Shown here: positions 6,459 to 16,172 of the stretch, one piece after another
Numbering within the stretch: position 1 is the stretch's first letter
Layout: each line of letters opens with the position of its first letter
Source of the DNA: a virus
Taxonomy: Duplodnaviria > Caudoviricetes
Strand: one strand, 5' to 3'
Length of the DNA: 28,777 bases
Virus record (IMG/VR): IMGVR_UViG_3300032239_001293
Location: 1 to 28,777 of that record
Translations under genes and position numbers: made by a program
Notes under the pieces: generated by a model
The model's database searches: none
What the model was told of the DNA's origin: nothing
What the model saw: only the letters and a program-made list of their open reading frames with translations

Positions 6459-6776
6459 ATGAAGGAAATTGAAGCCTTTCACAGCGCACTACACAGAGCC
6501 TCTAAAGATGCGTCACGCTTTATGACTGCACAGCTACGGAATGAAACCCACGCTAGTGGATGGCCTGAACACATTACAAATAACACAGGAATTAAGTATG
6601 GCAAAAATGGGTTTGAAGCCCATGTTCACGATGCCCATGTTGATGAAGCAAAAAATTACGAATATGGAACTCCAGGACAAGAACCAACAGCAGCCATTCG
6701 TAGATACAGTAACCGTACCCATGAAGCTCAAAAGTTTCTAGTAGGACGTATTTCAAAGCATTTAGGTGAACTATGA
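6459..6776 (+). CDS. Probable neck / tail completion protein (HK97 gp10-like)
   Basis: YEYGT motif near the C-terminus; located just before the tail terminator and sheath genes. Confidence 0.6.
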   Translation: MKEIEAFHSALHRASKDASRFMTAQLRNETHASGWPEHITNNTGIKYGKNGFEAHVHDAHVDEAKNYEYGTPGQEPTAAIRRYSNRTHEAQKFLVGRISKHLGEL

Positions 6777-7447
6777 CCTTTTTATTATCAGAAGATAAAG
6801 CACTTCGTGACCTTCTTAAAGGTATGACTGTTAGTGACCAAAAAGACCCAAATGCTAATCGCACAGTAAATGTGTGGTTTGGACAACCAGACCAAGAAAT
6901 TGCAGCGCAGACTTATCCTTATATTACTATTGACATGATTGATGTTTCTGAAGATTTTGAACGCTCAATGCGTGGGTTAGTAAAACCTATCTACATGCAC
7001 GACCCAGCGGAAATAACTGAGGGCGTCCCATTTGACCCTACCCTAAACAACTGGTCAATTCATATGCCAATTCCAGTAAACCTTGATTATCAAATCACTA
7101 TTTATTCTCGTCAACCACGCCATGACCGTGAACTACTAGCCCAGGTAATGTACACAAGATTACCTTTGCGGTTTGGCACGCTGTCTGTGGATGAAAACAA
7201 CTCTTACGGAACTGTTCGCCGTTTAGATGTACTAGATGTCTCTAAACGAGATGTTACAGAACAAGGAAAACGTTTGTTTGTAAACGCTTTTACTATAAGA
7301 GTTTCATCAGAAATGACCCCAGTTACATATAAGAAATTTTACAAAGCGTCACAAGTATACGTGGAAGGTGTTGAAGGAACTCCTGCTCCAGGGCAGACAG
7401 TAAAACCTTTTAATGCCATTAAATCGTTTACTATTCCGAAACAATAA
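6773..7447 (+). CDS. Tail terminator / completion protein (Pvc16/DUF4255-like)
   Basis: EDKALRDLL, YPYITIDMIDVSED, P.PVNLDYQITIYSR; immediately upstream of the sheath gene. Confidence 0.7.
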   Translation: MTFLLSEDKALRDLLKGMTVSDQKDPNANRTVNVWFGQPDQEIAAQTYPYITIDMIDVSEDFERSMRGLVKPIYMHDPAEITEGVPFDPTLNNWSIHMPIPVNLDYQITIYSRQPRHDRELLAQVMYTRLPLRFGTLSVDENNSYGTVRRLDVLDVSKRDVTEQGKRLFVNAFTIRVSSEMTPVTYKKFYKASQVYVEGVEGTPAPGQTVKPFNAIKSFTIPKQ

Positions 7448-7482
7448 GGCCCCACTACCACACAACCTAGTTAGGAGAAATC

Positions 7483-9012
7483 ATGGCATATGCCCGTCCC
7501 GGTGTATACATCACCGAACGTTTGCTTCCACCAGTACTCCAAGGCGGAGTAACTGCAGATGCAGCTGGAGCTGTTGTTGCGCCATTTGCGCAAGGCCCAG
7601 AAAAAGTAACTCGTATTCAATCTTGGTATGAATTTACTTCATACTTTGGAGGATACAACGCAAGCTACCCAGCAACATTTGAAGTTGGGGCATTCTTTAA
7701 CAATGGAGGTAAAGAGCTATATGTAAAGCGTGTTCTTCCTTCAGATTCAGCTGCAGCTCACGTTAACCTATTAACCTCGGGAAGCGCAGTAGTTGCAACT
7801 GTAACCTCTAAAAATGCTGGAGCAGATGGAAACAAGCTTTATGTAAAAGTATCTGCAGGACAAGTAAGCGGAACATACACCCTTTTCCTTTACAAAGATT
7901 CTGGGTTGACTGATAGCTTCTCTGTACCTTCTGCGCCAACAAATAGCAAAGATGACCTTCTTCTTGAACGGTATGAAAATATTGTTTTTGATGACGCAAC
8001 ATCCAGCAGCTTTGCTGAAACTGTAATCAACACAGTTTCTCCAAATATCAACATTAGCAATAGCGCTTCAGGAACAATTGTTACAACTAATTACTATCCA
8101 CTAACAAGTGGAAGTAATGGCGGAACAATTGACGCCAACTCTTACATTAGCTACAAGGACACAGACATTCCAGTTTTTGAAGATTTTTCAATTTTGGACC
8201 GTCCACTTGTGATGTTTATTCCTGCAATTAGCTCTCTCACAGGTTCAGCAACAATTTACACTGCTGCGGTGTCTTGGGCAGAATCTAACAAGTCATTTGT
8301 CGTAGTTCAACCGCCAAAAGACAGCACAGTTGCTGATGCAATTGCTTATGGTTCTTCTGTTGGAGCAAGCTCTTACTCAGCAAACTATTACCCATGGGTT
8401 TATATTGCAGACCCAATTGGTCGTAGTTCAAGTTCCCTTCGTCTTATTGGACCTTCTGGTGCAATCGCTGGTTTGTTTATCAACACAGACGGTAACCGTG
8501 GAGTCTTTAAGGCTCCGGCGGGTATTGGGGTTGCAGTTACTGGAATTGTAGCGGTTGAAAAGTCATTTACTTCTAAGAATCTAGATGACATGAACTCTGA
8601 CCTTGCACCTGTTAACCCAATTCGTCAAATTCCTGGTGCAGGGCTTTCAGTTATGGGTGCTCGTACACTTAAGCAAGATGGAACAGCAAACAAGTATGTA
8701 AACATGCGTCGTTCTCTAAACTACCTTGAAAAGCAACTTGCTAACCTTACTCAGTTTGCCATCTTTGAAAATAATGATGAGCAGCTATGGGCGCAAATTC
8801 GCACAAGTATTAACATCTTCTTGAACGAATACAAGAATAAAGGCGGGTTACGTGGACAAACAGCTTCACAAGCATACTTCATCAAATGCGATGCAGAAAA
8901 CAACAACCCAACAACAATTGCAAATGGCGAAGTCCACATTCAAGTTGGCGTGGCTCTACAGTATCCTGCAGAGTTCATTGTCATTGACCTAAGTCAAAAG
9001 ACTTTGGTTTAA
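7483..9012 (+). CDS. Contractile tail sheath protein
   Basis: MAYARPGVYITE, YYPWV, PSGAIAG...D..RGVFKAPAG, VNPIR, MGARTL, YVNMRR, FENNDEQLW, IKCDAENN, PAEFIVI. Confidence 0.97.
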   Translation: MAYARPGVYITERLLPPVLQGGVTADAAGAVVAPFAQGPEKVTRIQSWYEFTSYFGGYNASYPATFEVGAFFNNGGKELYVKRVLPSDSAAAHVNLLTSGSAVVATVTSKNAGADGNKLYVKVSAGQVSGTYTLFLYKDSGLTDSFSVPSAPTNSKDDLLLERYENIVFDDATSSSFAETVINTVSPNINISNSASGTIVTTNYYPLTSGSNGGTIDANSYISYKDTDIPVFEDFSILDRPLVMFIPAISSLTGSATIYTAAVSWAESNKSFVVVQPPKDSTVADAIAYGSSVGASSYSANYYPWVYIADPIGRSSSSLRLIGPSGAIAGLFINTDGNRGVFKAPAGIGVAVTGIVAVEKSFTSKNLDDMNSDLAPVNPIRQIPGAGLSVMGARTLKQDGTANKYVNMRRSLNYLEKQLANLTQFAIFENNDEQLWAQIRTSINIFLNEYKNKGGLRGQTASQAYFIKCDAENNNPTTIANGEVHIQVGVALQYPAEFIVIDLSQKTLV

Positions 9013-9030
9013 GGCCGAAGGAGATAACTA

Positions 9031-9660
9031 ATGGCAACAATTAAAAACAATCGCTCAACGTTAACTACTGACCCGATTCGTAACTTTCGGTTCTTAGTAA
9101 CGTTTAGTCCTCACGACACGTCGGGAAGCCCATTGGCTAAACCTTCTGTATCAATTGGCTTTACTTCAGTATCAGGATTGGCTGTAACAACAGACGCTAT
9201 CCCGTACCGTGAAGGTGGCTATAACACCACTGTTCACCAGATTCCTGGTCAAACATCATTTACTCCACTTACACTTCAACGTGGTGTAGTTCTTGGTTCA
9301 GACCAAAACTGGAAATGGATGAAACAACTATTTCAAACAGTAGAACAAACTGGTGGTCTTTCAGCTGGAAGCACATTCCGTTGTGATTTGGAAATTCAAG
9401 TACTAAACCATCCAGTACCCTCTGCTGGTGCAGACCTCACTGCTGAAACCATTACAGGTAGCACAGCAGACTCAGTAGCTATGCGTTTTAAAGTGTATAA
9501 CGCATGGCCTACAACAGTTGCATACTCTGACTTAAATGCTGGTGACAATGCTCTTTATGTAGAGCAAATGACATTAGTTCATGAAGGTTTTGATTTGAAC
9601 TGGGGTTCAGTAACAACAACAAACGGTAAAACATCTATCTCTAACGCAGCAGACTTCTAA
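9031..9660 (+). CDS. Tail tube protein (T4 gp19-like)
   Basis: DPIRNFRFLV, GFTSVSGL, YREGG, PGQTSF.PLTLQRG, YNAWP, SDLNA, EQMTLVHEG. Confidence 0.95.
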   Translation: MATIKNNRSTLTTDPIRNFRFLVTFSPHDTSGSPLAKPSVSIGFTSVSGLAVTTDAIPYREGGYNTTVHQIPGQTSFTPLTLQRGVVLGSDQNWKWMKQLFQTVEQTGGLSAGSTFRCDLEIQVLNHPVPSAGADLTAETITGSTADSVAMRFKVYNAWPTTVAYSDLNAGDNALYVEQMTLVHEGFDLNWGSVTTTNGKTSISNAADF

Positions 9661-9675
9661 TAACAAAGGAAAAAA

Positions 9676-10485
9676 ATGACGAATACAATGAGTGCAGCGG
9701 CTAATCCCGCATTGGCAAATAATAAAATCAAAGAAGTTTTGGCTGAAAAACCAGAACAAATTGAAGTAGAAATTGAAGCTCCTTTAGATACATCAGTGAC
9801 TCTCCCTGGCGGTTACATCACAGCCGCTGGGGAGGTTGTCACAGATGCAGAAGTTCGTGAACTTAATGGTAGAGATGAGGAAGCAATTTCTCGTTCTGGA
9901 AATATTGGCAAAGCTTTTATAACTATTTTGCAACGGGGTACAGTAAGTATTGGCAATCAAAAAGCTACAGAAGAAATTCTTAATGAGCTTCTTTCTGGTG
10001 ATAGAGATTGGTTACTTCTTGCTATTTTTAAAGTAACTTTTGGAGCTGAACCAGAGGTATCTGCGTATTGTTCTTCATGTAAAGAAGTAAAAGTAGTAAA
10101 CATTGATATAAATAACGACATTAAGGTGCGTAAATTGTCTGACCCTTTACGTGACCGAGTGTTTACTGTAGAAGGAAGAAAAGATGAATTTTTAGTGCAA
10201 CTACCTACTGGTAGTACACAAAAAGAACTTATGCTTAATAGCGATAAAACCGCTGCCGAGTTAAACAGTATTCTTCTTGAAAAAACAGTAATGCAAATTA
10301 ATGGTTCTCCAGTTTTAAGTAAATTTCAAGCTCAAAACATTGGATTAGCAGACCGCAAAACTATCATTGAAGAAATTAATAACCGCATTCCGGGACCACA
10401 ATTTGAACCTATCAAAGTAACGTGCCCTGATTGCGAAAGTGAGGTACTTGTTCCTATTAGCTTAGGGTCATTCTTTCGTTTTTAA
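9676..10485 (+). CDS. Tail assembly chaperone / baseplate hub assembly protein (T4 gp26-like) with two CxxC pairs
   Basis: Between tube and tape measure; VRELNGRDEE, LLSGDRDWLLLAI, CSSC and CPDC. Confidence 0.75.
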   Translation: MTNTMSAAANPALANNKIKEVLAEKPEQIEVEIEAPLDTSVTLPGGYITAAGEVVTDAEVRELNGRDEEAISRSGNIGKAFITILQRGTVSIGNQKATEEILNELLSGDRDWLLLAIFKVTFGAEPEVSAYCSSCKEVKVVNIDINNDIKVRKLSDPLRDRVFTVEGRKDEFLVQLPTGSTQKELMLNSDKTAAELNSILLEKTVMQINGSPVLSKFQAQNIGLADRKTIIEEINNRIPGPQFEPIKVTCPDCESEVLVPISLGSFFRF

Positions 10486-10624
10486 TAAACTTAGTTACCC
10501 GGAGCTCATGGCTGAATGGAAAATATTAGCTGATGAGTATCCAGGATGGCCTATAAGTGATATTCAAAGTATGTCACGAAGAGAACGTAAAAATTGGATT
10601 GAAGTAAGCCGTATTAAGCTCTGA
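10481..10624 (+). CDS. Second chaperone segment, probably reached by a +1 frameshift (or translated separately from the ATG at 10508)
   Basis: The +1 frame is open from 10466 to TGA at 10622-10624: FNKLSYPELMAEWKILADEYPGWPISDIQSMSRRERKNWIEVSRIKL*; GW...I..M..RER..W resembles gpT/gp51-like chaperone tails. Confidence 0.7.
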   Translation, partial: FNKLSYPELMAEWKILADEYPGWPISDIQSMSRRERKNWIEVSRIKL

Positions 10625-10635
10625 AAGGAGAAGAA

Positions 10636-13116
10636 GTGAGTGTAGTAACTAACATCCAAGAGATGTCAAAAGCTGTTGACGAGTTAACTCAAAAAGTAAA
10701 CACTCTTAACGCTGCAGTCGCTACTGTTGGAACAACCGCTTCTTCTTCTTTAGGAGCTGTACAAAGTGGAATTATGTCTCAAGGTGGAGACCGTCATCTA
10801 GGCTCTACAAGTACCAATATGATGCAAGGTTCCTTGGCTTCTATGCCCGTAATTCCGGGCGTTTCAAGCATGGGCTCTATGGATGCAACCTCTTCTACTT
10901 CCACAAACTTGGGTGGAACAGCTGCCCCAATTTCTTCTGCACCAACCACTATGAACAGCGGTGGTGGAAACAAATTAACTAATGCACTTGCTTCTGTTGG
11001 CTCAATAGACCCTTCCACATTGGGTAAGGGTGCTGGATTTTTGCAAGCTGGTATTGGTGTAGCTCAAATGGCTTTAGCTCCTGTTGCAGGAGCTTATGCA
11101 GCTGCAATGCCTACTGCTCAAATTGTAGATTCTGCTACTTCATATTTTCAATCTACCAATCGTGCTAATGGAATTTCTCGTTCAGCTGTAGAAAGCGCAA
11201 CATTCTCAGCAATGAACGGCGGAATGACAAGCGTTGGTTCTCCAGCTATTGTTTCAAACATTTTAGCTAACTCTGGTTTTATGCCTGGTTCACAACAATA
11301 CACAAGTGCCGTATCTCAAGTAGCTTTAGCAGCAAAAAATTATGGTATGGAAAATTCAGCTGCAGCAAATTCCATATCTTCAGTTTCTAATAAAGACATT
11401 GCTAATAATTTATTTAATCTTGGCATTAATACTTTAGATGCAAAAGGTAACCAATTGTCTATAGCAGACATTTCTAAAAACCTTATGCAACAACTGTATG
11501 GCGGAACGCCAACTACTGAACAGCTAAATCGTTCAATTCAGTATGGGTCTTTACAAGGGCAACTTGCAGGGTTCAATATAACTGACCCAAATACGCAAGG
11601 ATTATTTATTAATAATATGATGGATTGGGCTAAAGGTAACAACCCAAACACTTTAACAAATAGTGCTAATAATGCTAATCCAACTAACTCTATTATGGCT
11701 ATGAATCAATCCCAAACTGGAATTCTTCAAGGTTCTGAAGCTAATGCCCTTTCTGGATTATCTACTGCTGCTGATTTAGTAAAAAAGTTTAATGACACCA
11801 TGGGTCCAATTATTGAAAGCATGGCAAAATACAAAGCCATAATTGAAGGAGGCCTTTCTACCAATGCCGGTCAAGGTGTAAAAGCAGCAGCTTCAACATT
11901 TATGAGTGGAGTCAGCAATGTTGTTGGTGGAATATCCAATATGGTTATGGCTGGCGCAAAATTTTTGGGAGGTGGTACTCCAGGATTTGGTGCACCAATA
12001 TCTACAGGTTATGCAAGCACTACTTTATCCGGAGCTGCTTCTACATCTAGCGGAATAATTTCAGCACAATACGGGGCAACTGATTCTTCTGGGATTTGGT
12101 CATCAACGGGAAACAAACACCAAGGTATTGACCTAGTCGTTCCTTCTGGAACTCCAGTACATGCAACAAAAGACGGAATTGTTTCTGCAAAAATTTTAAG
12201 TGCGGATTATGGTCAAGCAGTTATGATTGACCACAAAGACGGTTGGTCATCTATCTATGCTCACTTAAGCAGTAAAGAAGTGAACATGGGAGCACAAGTA
12301 ACGGCTGGTCAAGAAATTGGTAAATCTGGTCAATCAGGTAACGTAACGGGTCCAAGCCTTCACTATGAAGTATGGCATGGCGATAGCAACCCTGTTGACC
12401 CAGCATTACTCAAAGGTGCTGGGCAACCTATTGACCAAAGCTCATTAGCTGGATTTGGTGGACTGTTATCTGACAAACAATCTTCTGGTGAAAAAGCTAT
12501 AAATCCAAACGCTGGAACAGCGGGAGACCAAGAATTTGCAAAAGCATTACTTACAAAAGCGGGAATCTCAATAACAGATTCAAATGTATCAGCTCTTACT
12601 ACTTGGATGCATTGGGAAGGCGGAACACAAAATAACGCTTATAACCCTCTAAACACAACTTACGACATGCCTGGAGCAACTAACTTTAACAAAGTAGGTG
12701 TTAAATCTTACCTTTCTTTAACACAAGGTGTTGACGCTACTTATGCAACTTTGACTGGACAAAGTGCTGATGCTCGTGGCTACACAAAAATTCTTGAAGA
12801 TTTAAAAAATAATGCTTCATTAAACACCGTAGCTTCTGATGTAAATAATTCTTCTTGGGGAACACACATCAAGGGTGTAAAAGGTGGTGGAACTCCAGGA
12901 CTTGGAGCAAGCATTTCTGTTACAAAATCTCGTAGTGGAATGCCATTACAAGAATCAAATTTGCCCGTAGAAACTCATCGTGGAGACACAACTAATAATG
13001 TAACTATAAATGTCCATATTTCAGAAGCTTCAGATAATGAAGCACAATTATTTGCTAAAAAAGTTAAAGATATTTTAGCTAATGACCATTCAGTTCTAGC
13101 GATTGGAAAATCATAA
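10636..13116 (+). CDS. Tape measure protein with C-terminal M23 peptidase and lysozyme-like domains
   Basis: 826 aa, Ala/Gly/Ser-rich helical N-terminus; M23 HQGID...YAHL...GQEIGKSGQSGNVTGPSLHYEV; second domain WMHWEGG..NNAYNPLNTT...GVKSY; NNVTINVHI tail. Confidence 0.88.
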   Translation: MSVVTNIQEMSKAVDELTQKVNTLNAAVATVGTTASSSLGAVQSGIMSQGGDRHLGSTSTNMMQGSLASMPVIPGVSSMGSMDATSSTSTNLGGTAAPISSAPTTMNSGGGNKLTNALASVGSIDPSTLGKGAGFLQAGIGVAQMALAPVAGAYAAAMPTAQIVDSATSYFQSTNRANGISRSAVESATFSAMNGGMTSVGSPAIVSNILANSGFMPGSQQYTSAVSQVALAAKNYGMENSAAANSISSVSNKDIANNLFNLGINTLDAKGNQLSIADISKNLMQQLYGGTPTTEQLNRSIQYGSLQGQLAGFNITDPNTQGLFINNMMDWAKGNNPNTLTNSANNANPTNSIMAMNQSQTGILQGSEANALSGLSTAADLVKKFNDTMGPIIESMAKYKAIIEGGLSTNAGQGVKAAASTFMSGVSNVVGGISNMVMAGAKFLGGGTPGFGAPISTGYASTTLSGAASTSSGIISAQYGATDSSGIWSSTGNKHQGIDLVVPSGTPVHATKDGIVSAKILSADYGQAVMIDHKDGWSSIYAHLSSKEVNMGAQVTAGQEIGKSGQSGNVTGPSLHYEVWHGDSNPVDPALLKGAGQPIDQSSLAGFGGLLSDKQSSGEKAINPNAGTAGDQEFAKALLTKAGISITDSNVSALTTWMHWEGGTQNNAYNPLNTTYDMPGATNFNKVGVKSYLSLTQGVDATYATLTGQSADARGYTKILEDLKNNASLNTVASDVNNSSWGTHIKGVKGGGTPGLGASISVTKSRSGMPLQESNLPVETHRGDTTNNVTINVHISEASDNEAQLFAKKVKDILANDHSVLAIGKS

Positions 13117-14237
13117 TGAGTTTTATTAGTTGGATGGAACACCACATACCCGACATTGCTTTGGGGGTATTAGCAGTCGTTCAACCTGAAATTGGGGTTC
13201 CGGCTTTAGGAGTTTACGAACTTGGAAAACATGTTGTTAATTCAATAACACACAACGGTCACAATACAACTACAACAAAAAAACCTTTAAATAACAATAC
13301 CGGAACATCTCCTGCTGTTCCTTGGAAAAAAGTTGCTCCCTATACAGGTGCCTATAGATACAACGCTCCCATGGTAAAAGACGCTGAGTTTAATTTTCCT
13401 AGTCTTGATAACACTAGTGTTTTTGGTCATGTAGATTTAAAAGCATATCAAAATGTTAAAAATGCTTGGGGAGCAAGCAAAGGCAATCAACAAGCGGCAA
13501 AAGGTGCTTTTCAAATGGATAGATACCTTTGGAAATCTTCTGAAGCAATGAAAAGTGTAACAACCTTTTTAAAAACACAAAAACAAACAGTTCCTACAGA
13601 AATGTATGGTTTTAGATTTTTGTATAACCCACAAACAGTGGAAATGACTTGGGGTCAATCAAGTTTTACTAATAACCAAGCTTTGTTGCAAGGATTAGAC
13701 ACTATTAAACCTATTGCACCTGGAACGATGTCTTCTTCAATTGGTTTTATGATTCCTCTTAACCGTATACAAGACGCTACTTATTTAAATCCTGACGGAA
13801 GTTATGCTGTTAAGTTAACTGAAAATCAAGAAAGAGTTATACCAACAAGTGTACCAATTGAGTTACGCCCAGTTAATCTTCCGTACTCTTATGACGTACC
13901 AGTTGAAGAACGAAAACTCATCTATGAACGAGGAACAATGTACGACATAGAGTGGTTAATGAAAGCTATTAATGGTTGGGCATTTTTAAACCATACATCC
14001 GACGTTAGTGGTTTAAAAACTAATGACATGGGTTTTATTTTACAATTTCCTGTAGAACTTCATTTAGGAAATGCTTTAAGATATCGTGTTCAAATAACTG
14101 ACATTAAAATTACTCATATCATCTTTAATCCAAGAATGATTCCTATTTATTCGGTTGTAAACTTTACATGCAGAAGATTTCCAGAACAATCTTTTTCTGA
14201 AATTAGTGCAACTCTTGACCCAGTTAAAAAAGCATAA
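13116..14237 (+). CDS. Tail tube initiator / baseplate protein (Afp7/gp48-54-like)
   Basis: Follows the tape measure; YGFRFLYNPQTVEMTW and ITHIIFNPRMIPIYSVVNFT motifs. Confidence 0.65.
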   Translation: MSFISWMEHHIPDIALGVLAVVQPEIGVPALGVYELGKHVVNSITHNGHNTTTTKKPLNNNTGTSPAVPWKKVAPYTGAYRYNAPMVKDAEFNFPSLDNTSVFGHVDLKAYQNVKNAWGASKGNQQAAKGAFQMDRYLWKSSEAMKSVTTFLKTQKQTVPTEMYGFRFLYNPQTVEMTWGQSSFTNNQALLQGLDTIKPIAPGTMSSSIGFMIPLNRIQDATYLNPDGSYAVKLTENQERVIPTSVPIELRPVNLPYSYDVPVEERKLIYERGTMYDIEWLMKAINGWAFLNHTSDVSGLKTNDMGFILQFPVELHLGNALRYRVQITDIKITHIIFNPRMIPIYSVVNFTCRRFPEQSFSEISATLDPVKKA

Positions 14238-14249
14238 GGTGATAAGTTA

Positions 14250-14525
14250 ATGATTTATTCTGATAGTAGATATATTGACGGTGTTTTACCTGTAGTTTAT
14301 CGGGAATATTCACAGTCTCACGAACAGGCTGTTTACCGAACTTGGCCTTCTTATACTGTGGATTATTTAATTTACACAGTAAACGAAATTGATAGGATAG
14401 AAGGAATTGCTACACGATTTTTAGGAGACCCCGAATTGTGGTGGAGAATTATGGATATTAATCCGGAAATTCTAAACCCATTTGAAATTCTTCCAGGAAC
14501 TCAACTAAGGATTCCAAATGGCTAG
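14250..14525 (+). CDS. LysM-like baseplate wedge protein (gp53 / tail X-like)
   Basis: YTVNEIDRIEGIATRFLGDPELWWRIMDINP...ILPGTQLRIP. Confidence 0.85.
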   Translation: MIYSDSRYIDGVLPVVYREYSQSHEQAVYRTWPSYTVDYLIYTVNEIDRIEGIATRFLGDPELWWRIMDINPEILNPFEILPGTQLRIPNG

Positions 14526-15774
14526 AACAACACGTCAATTTAGATATGGAACATCTTATAAAGTAATTTTTCCTGATTTTCCATCTTTTAAAGTTCAACC
14601 AAAAAAGTTTAGGATTGTTCAAGCTCAAGGACAACATGACGTTCTTGAGTTAACTTTTCCTGTCATAAATCCTTTTTTTCAAAGAGCATTTAAAACTGGT
14701 GCATTAGTCAGTTTTGTTTGGGAAACAGGCAGAGCTAAAGGTGAATTTGTTGGGCATATGTACAGTATTAAAACATTAACTCAAACAACTCAACAACGAG
14801 ATACTGTTATGACATGTATAGGTACTGGATTTAATTTAAAAGAAGGTGGAGCAAAGGTTTGGAACAATAAAACTGCTTCAGAAATTGTTACAGATATTGC
14901 AAAAACAGCAAAATTAAAACCAATTGTTACTTCTCATCCTGTTCGTTTTTCTCAACAGGCTTTGATTGGTCACACGTTGTGGGAAAAAATACAAGAACTT
15001 GGTCATAGAGTTGGATATGTTGCTCACATCTATGGGGTAGAACTTCATTTTCACCCAATTGATAAAATGATTGACGCTTTTATGACAAATATTCCAGTGT
15101 TATCTTTTCAAGACGTTCATTATAATTCCGGAAGTAGTTTAGAAGGACAAACTTTAGATATTTTTAAACCTGTATCTGGGGATATCCATGAAAGCGGAAT
15201 ACATAAAAACAAAGATAAAGTTATTTCTGGAATAGATAGTACTACAGGAAAAGCTTTTAGTTACAATGCTTCTCCTCACAAAGTTGGAAAAAACATTCGT
15301 AACTCTTATTCTGCTCCATTATTCCAAGAAATAATTCCATCAAGAGTTGTAGATAGTCCATCCGAAGCAAAAGCTATGGCTAATGCATTTGCAGATTTAG
15401 CAAGGTTTTCGCATCATGCGGAAGGCCAAGCTCAAGGAGACCCAAGAATTTCTCCTTACAAAACTGTAGAAATAAGTGGGACAGGTGCTTCAACAGACGG
15501 CTTCTGGGTAGTAAAAAATGTTACACACACAGGATTTATGGACGGAAGATACGTATCAGAATTTTCTTGCATGACAGATGGTGTTGGAGAAAATAAAGTG
15601 GATGGAAATAGGCCACAAACATCCCCCACGCTTTCTGGAACAAGAAATATACCTTTAGAAACCGTTACAGGCATAAAGGTTAAAAGTACTCCTGCTAAAC
15701 TCAGTTCTCCAACACAGTTATTTAGTCAAGGAAATTTAACCTATAAAGCATTTCCTAGAAGGTGGGTAGGTTAA
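14518..15774 (+). CDS. Baseplate hub protein (gp27 / P2 gpD / VgrG N-terminal-like)
   Basis: TASEIVTDIAK, GDPRISP..TVEISG.G...DGFWVVKNVTH; canonical position in the module. Confidence 0.8.
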   Translation: MARTTRQFRYGTSYKVIFPDFPSFKVQPKKFRIVQAQGQHDVLELTFPVINPFFQRAFKTGALVSFVWETGRAKGEFVGHMYSIKTLTQTTQQRDTVMTCIGTGFNLKEGGAKVWNNKTASEIVTDIAKTAKLKPIVTSHPVRFSQQALIGHTLWEKIQELGHRVGYVAHIYGVELHFHPIDKMIDAFMTNIPVLSFQDVHYNSGSSLEGQTLDIFKPVSGDIHESGIHKNKDKVISGIDSTTGKAFSYNASPHKVGKNIRNSYSAPLFQEIIPSRVVDSPSEAKAMANAFADLARFSHHAEGQAQGDPRISPYKTVEISGTGASTDGFWVVKNVTHTGFMDGRYVSEFSCMTDGVGENKVDGNRPQTSPTLSGTRNIPLETVTGIKVKSTPAKLSSPTQLFSQGNLTYKAFPRRWVG

Positions 15775-16172
15775 TGGAAACAGCTATTTCTTTACCTTTT
15801 TCTATAGACGCATATGGGGCAGTAACTGCTGCAACGACGCAACCTAAAATTTGGTCTGACCGAGTTCGTTCTGTTTTAGGCACAAATTTTAATGAAAGAA
15901 TAATGAGACCTACATTTGGTGGTCTAGTGCCTTCTGTATTTATGGAAAATGTGGATGATGCAACTACCATGCTGGAATCTGAAGTTAGAACTACATTTGC
16001 AACACAACTGCCTTCTCTTTCTCTTCAATCTGTAGATATTACATACGATGAGTATTCAAACTCTATGAATGTAAGCGTTGTTTATAGTTTGCCTGACGAT
16101 AAAACGGCAACTACAACTATTGCACTTATAACTGTTGATGGAACTAACCCAGCAAACCAGGAGAACCTATGA
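15774..16172 (+). CDS. Baseplate wedge protein, gp25 / GPW family
   Basis: ISLPFSID, VLGTNFNERIMRPTFG; TAATG-coupled start at 15774. Confidence 0.9.
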   Translation: METAISLPFSIDAYGAVTAATTQPKIWSDRVRSVLGTNFNERIMRPTFGGLVPSVFMENVDDATTMLESEVRTTFATQLPSLSLQSVDITYDEYSNSMNVSVVYSLPDDKTATTTIALITVDGTNPANQENL

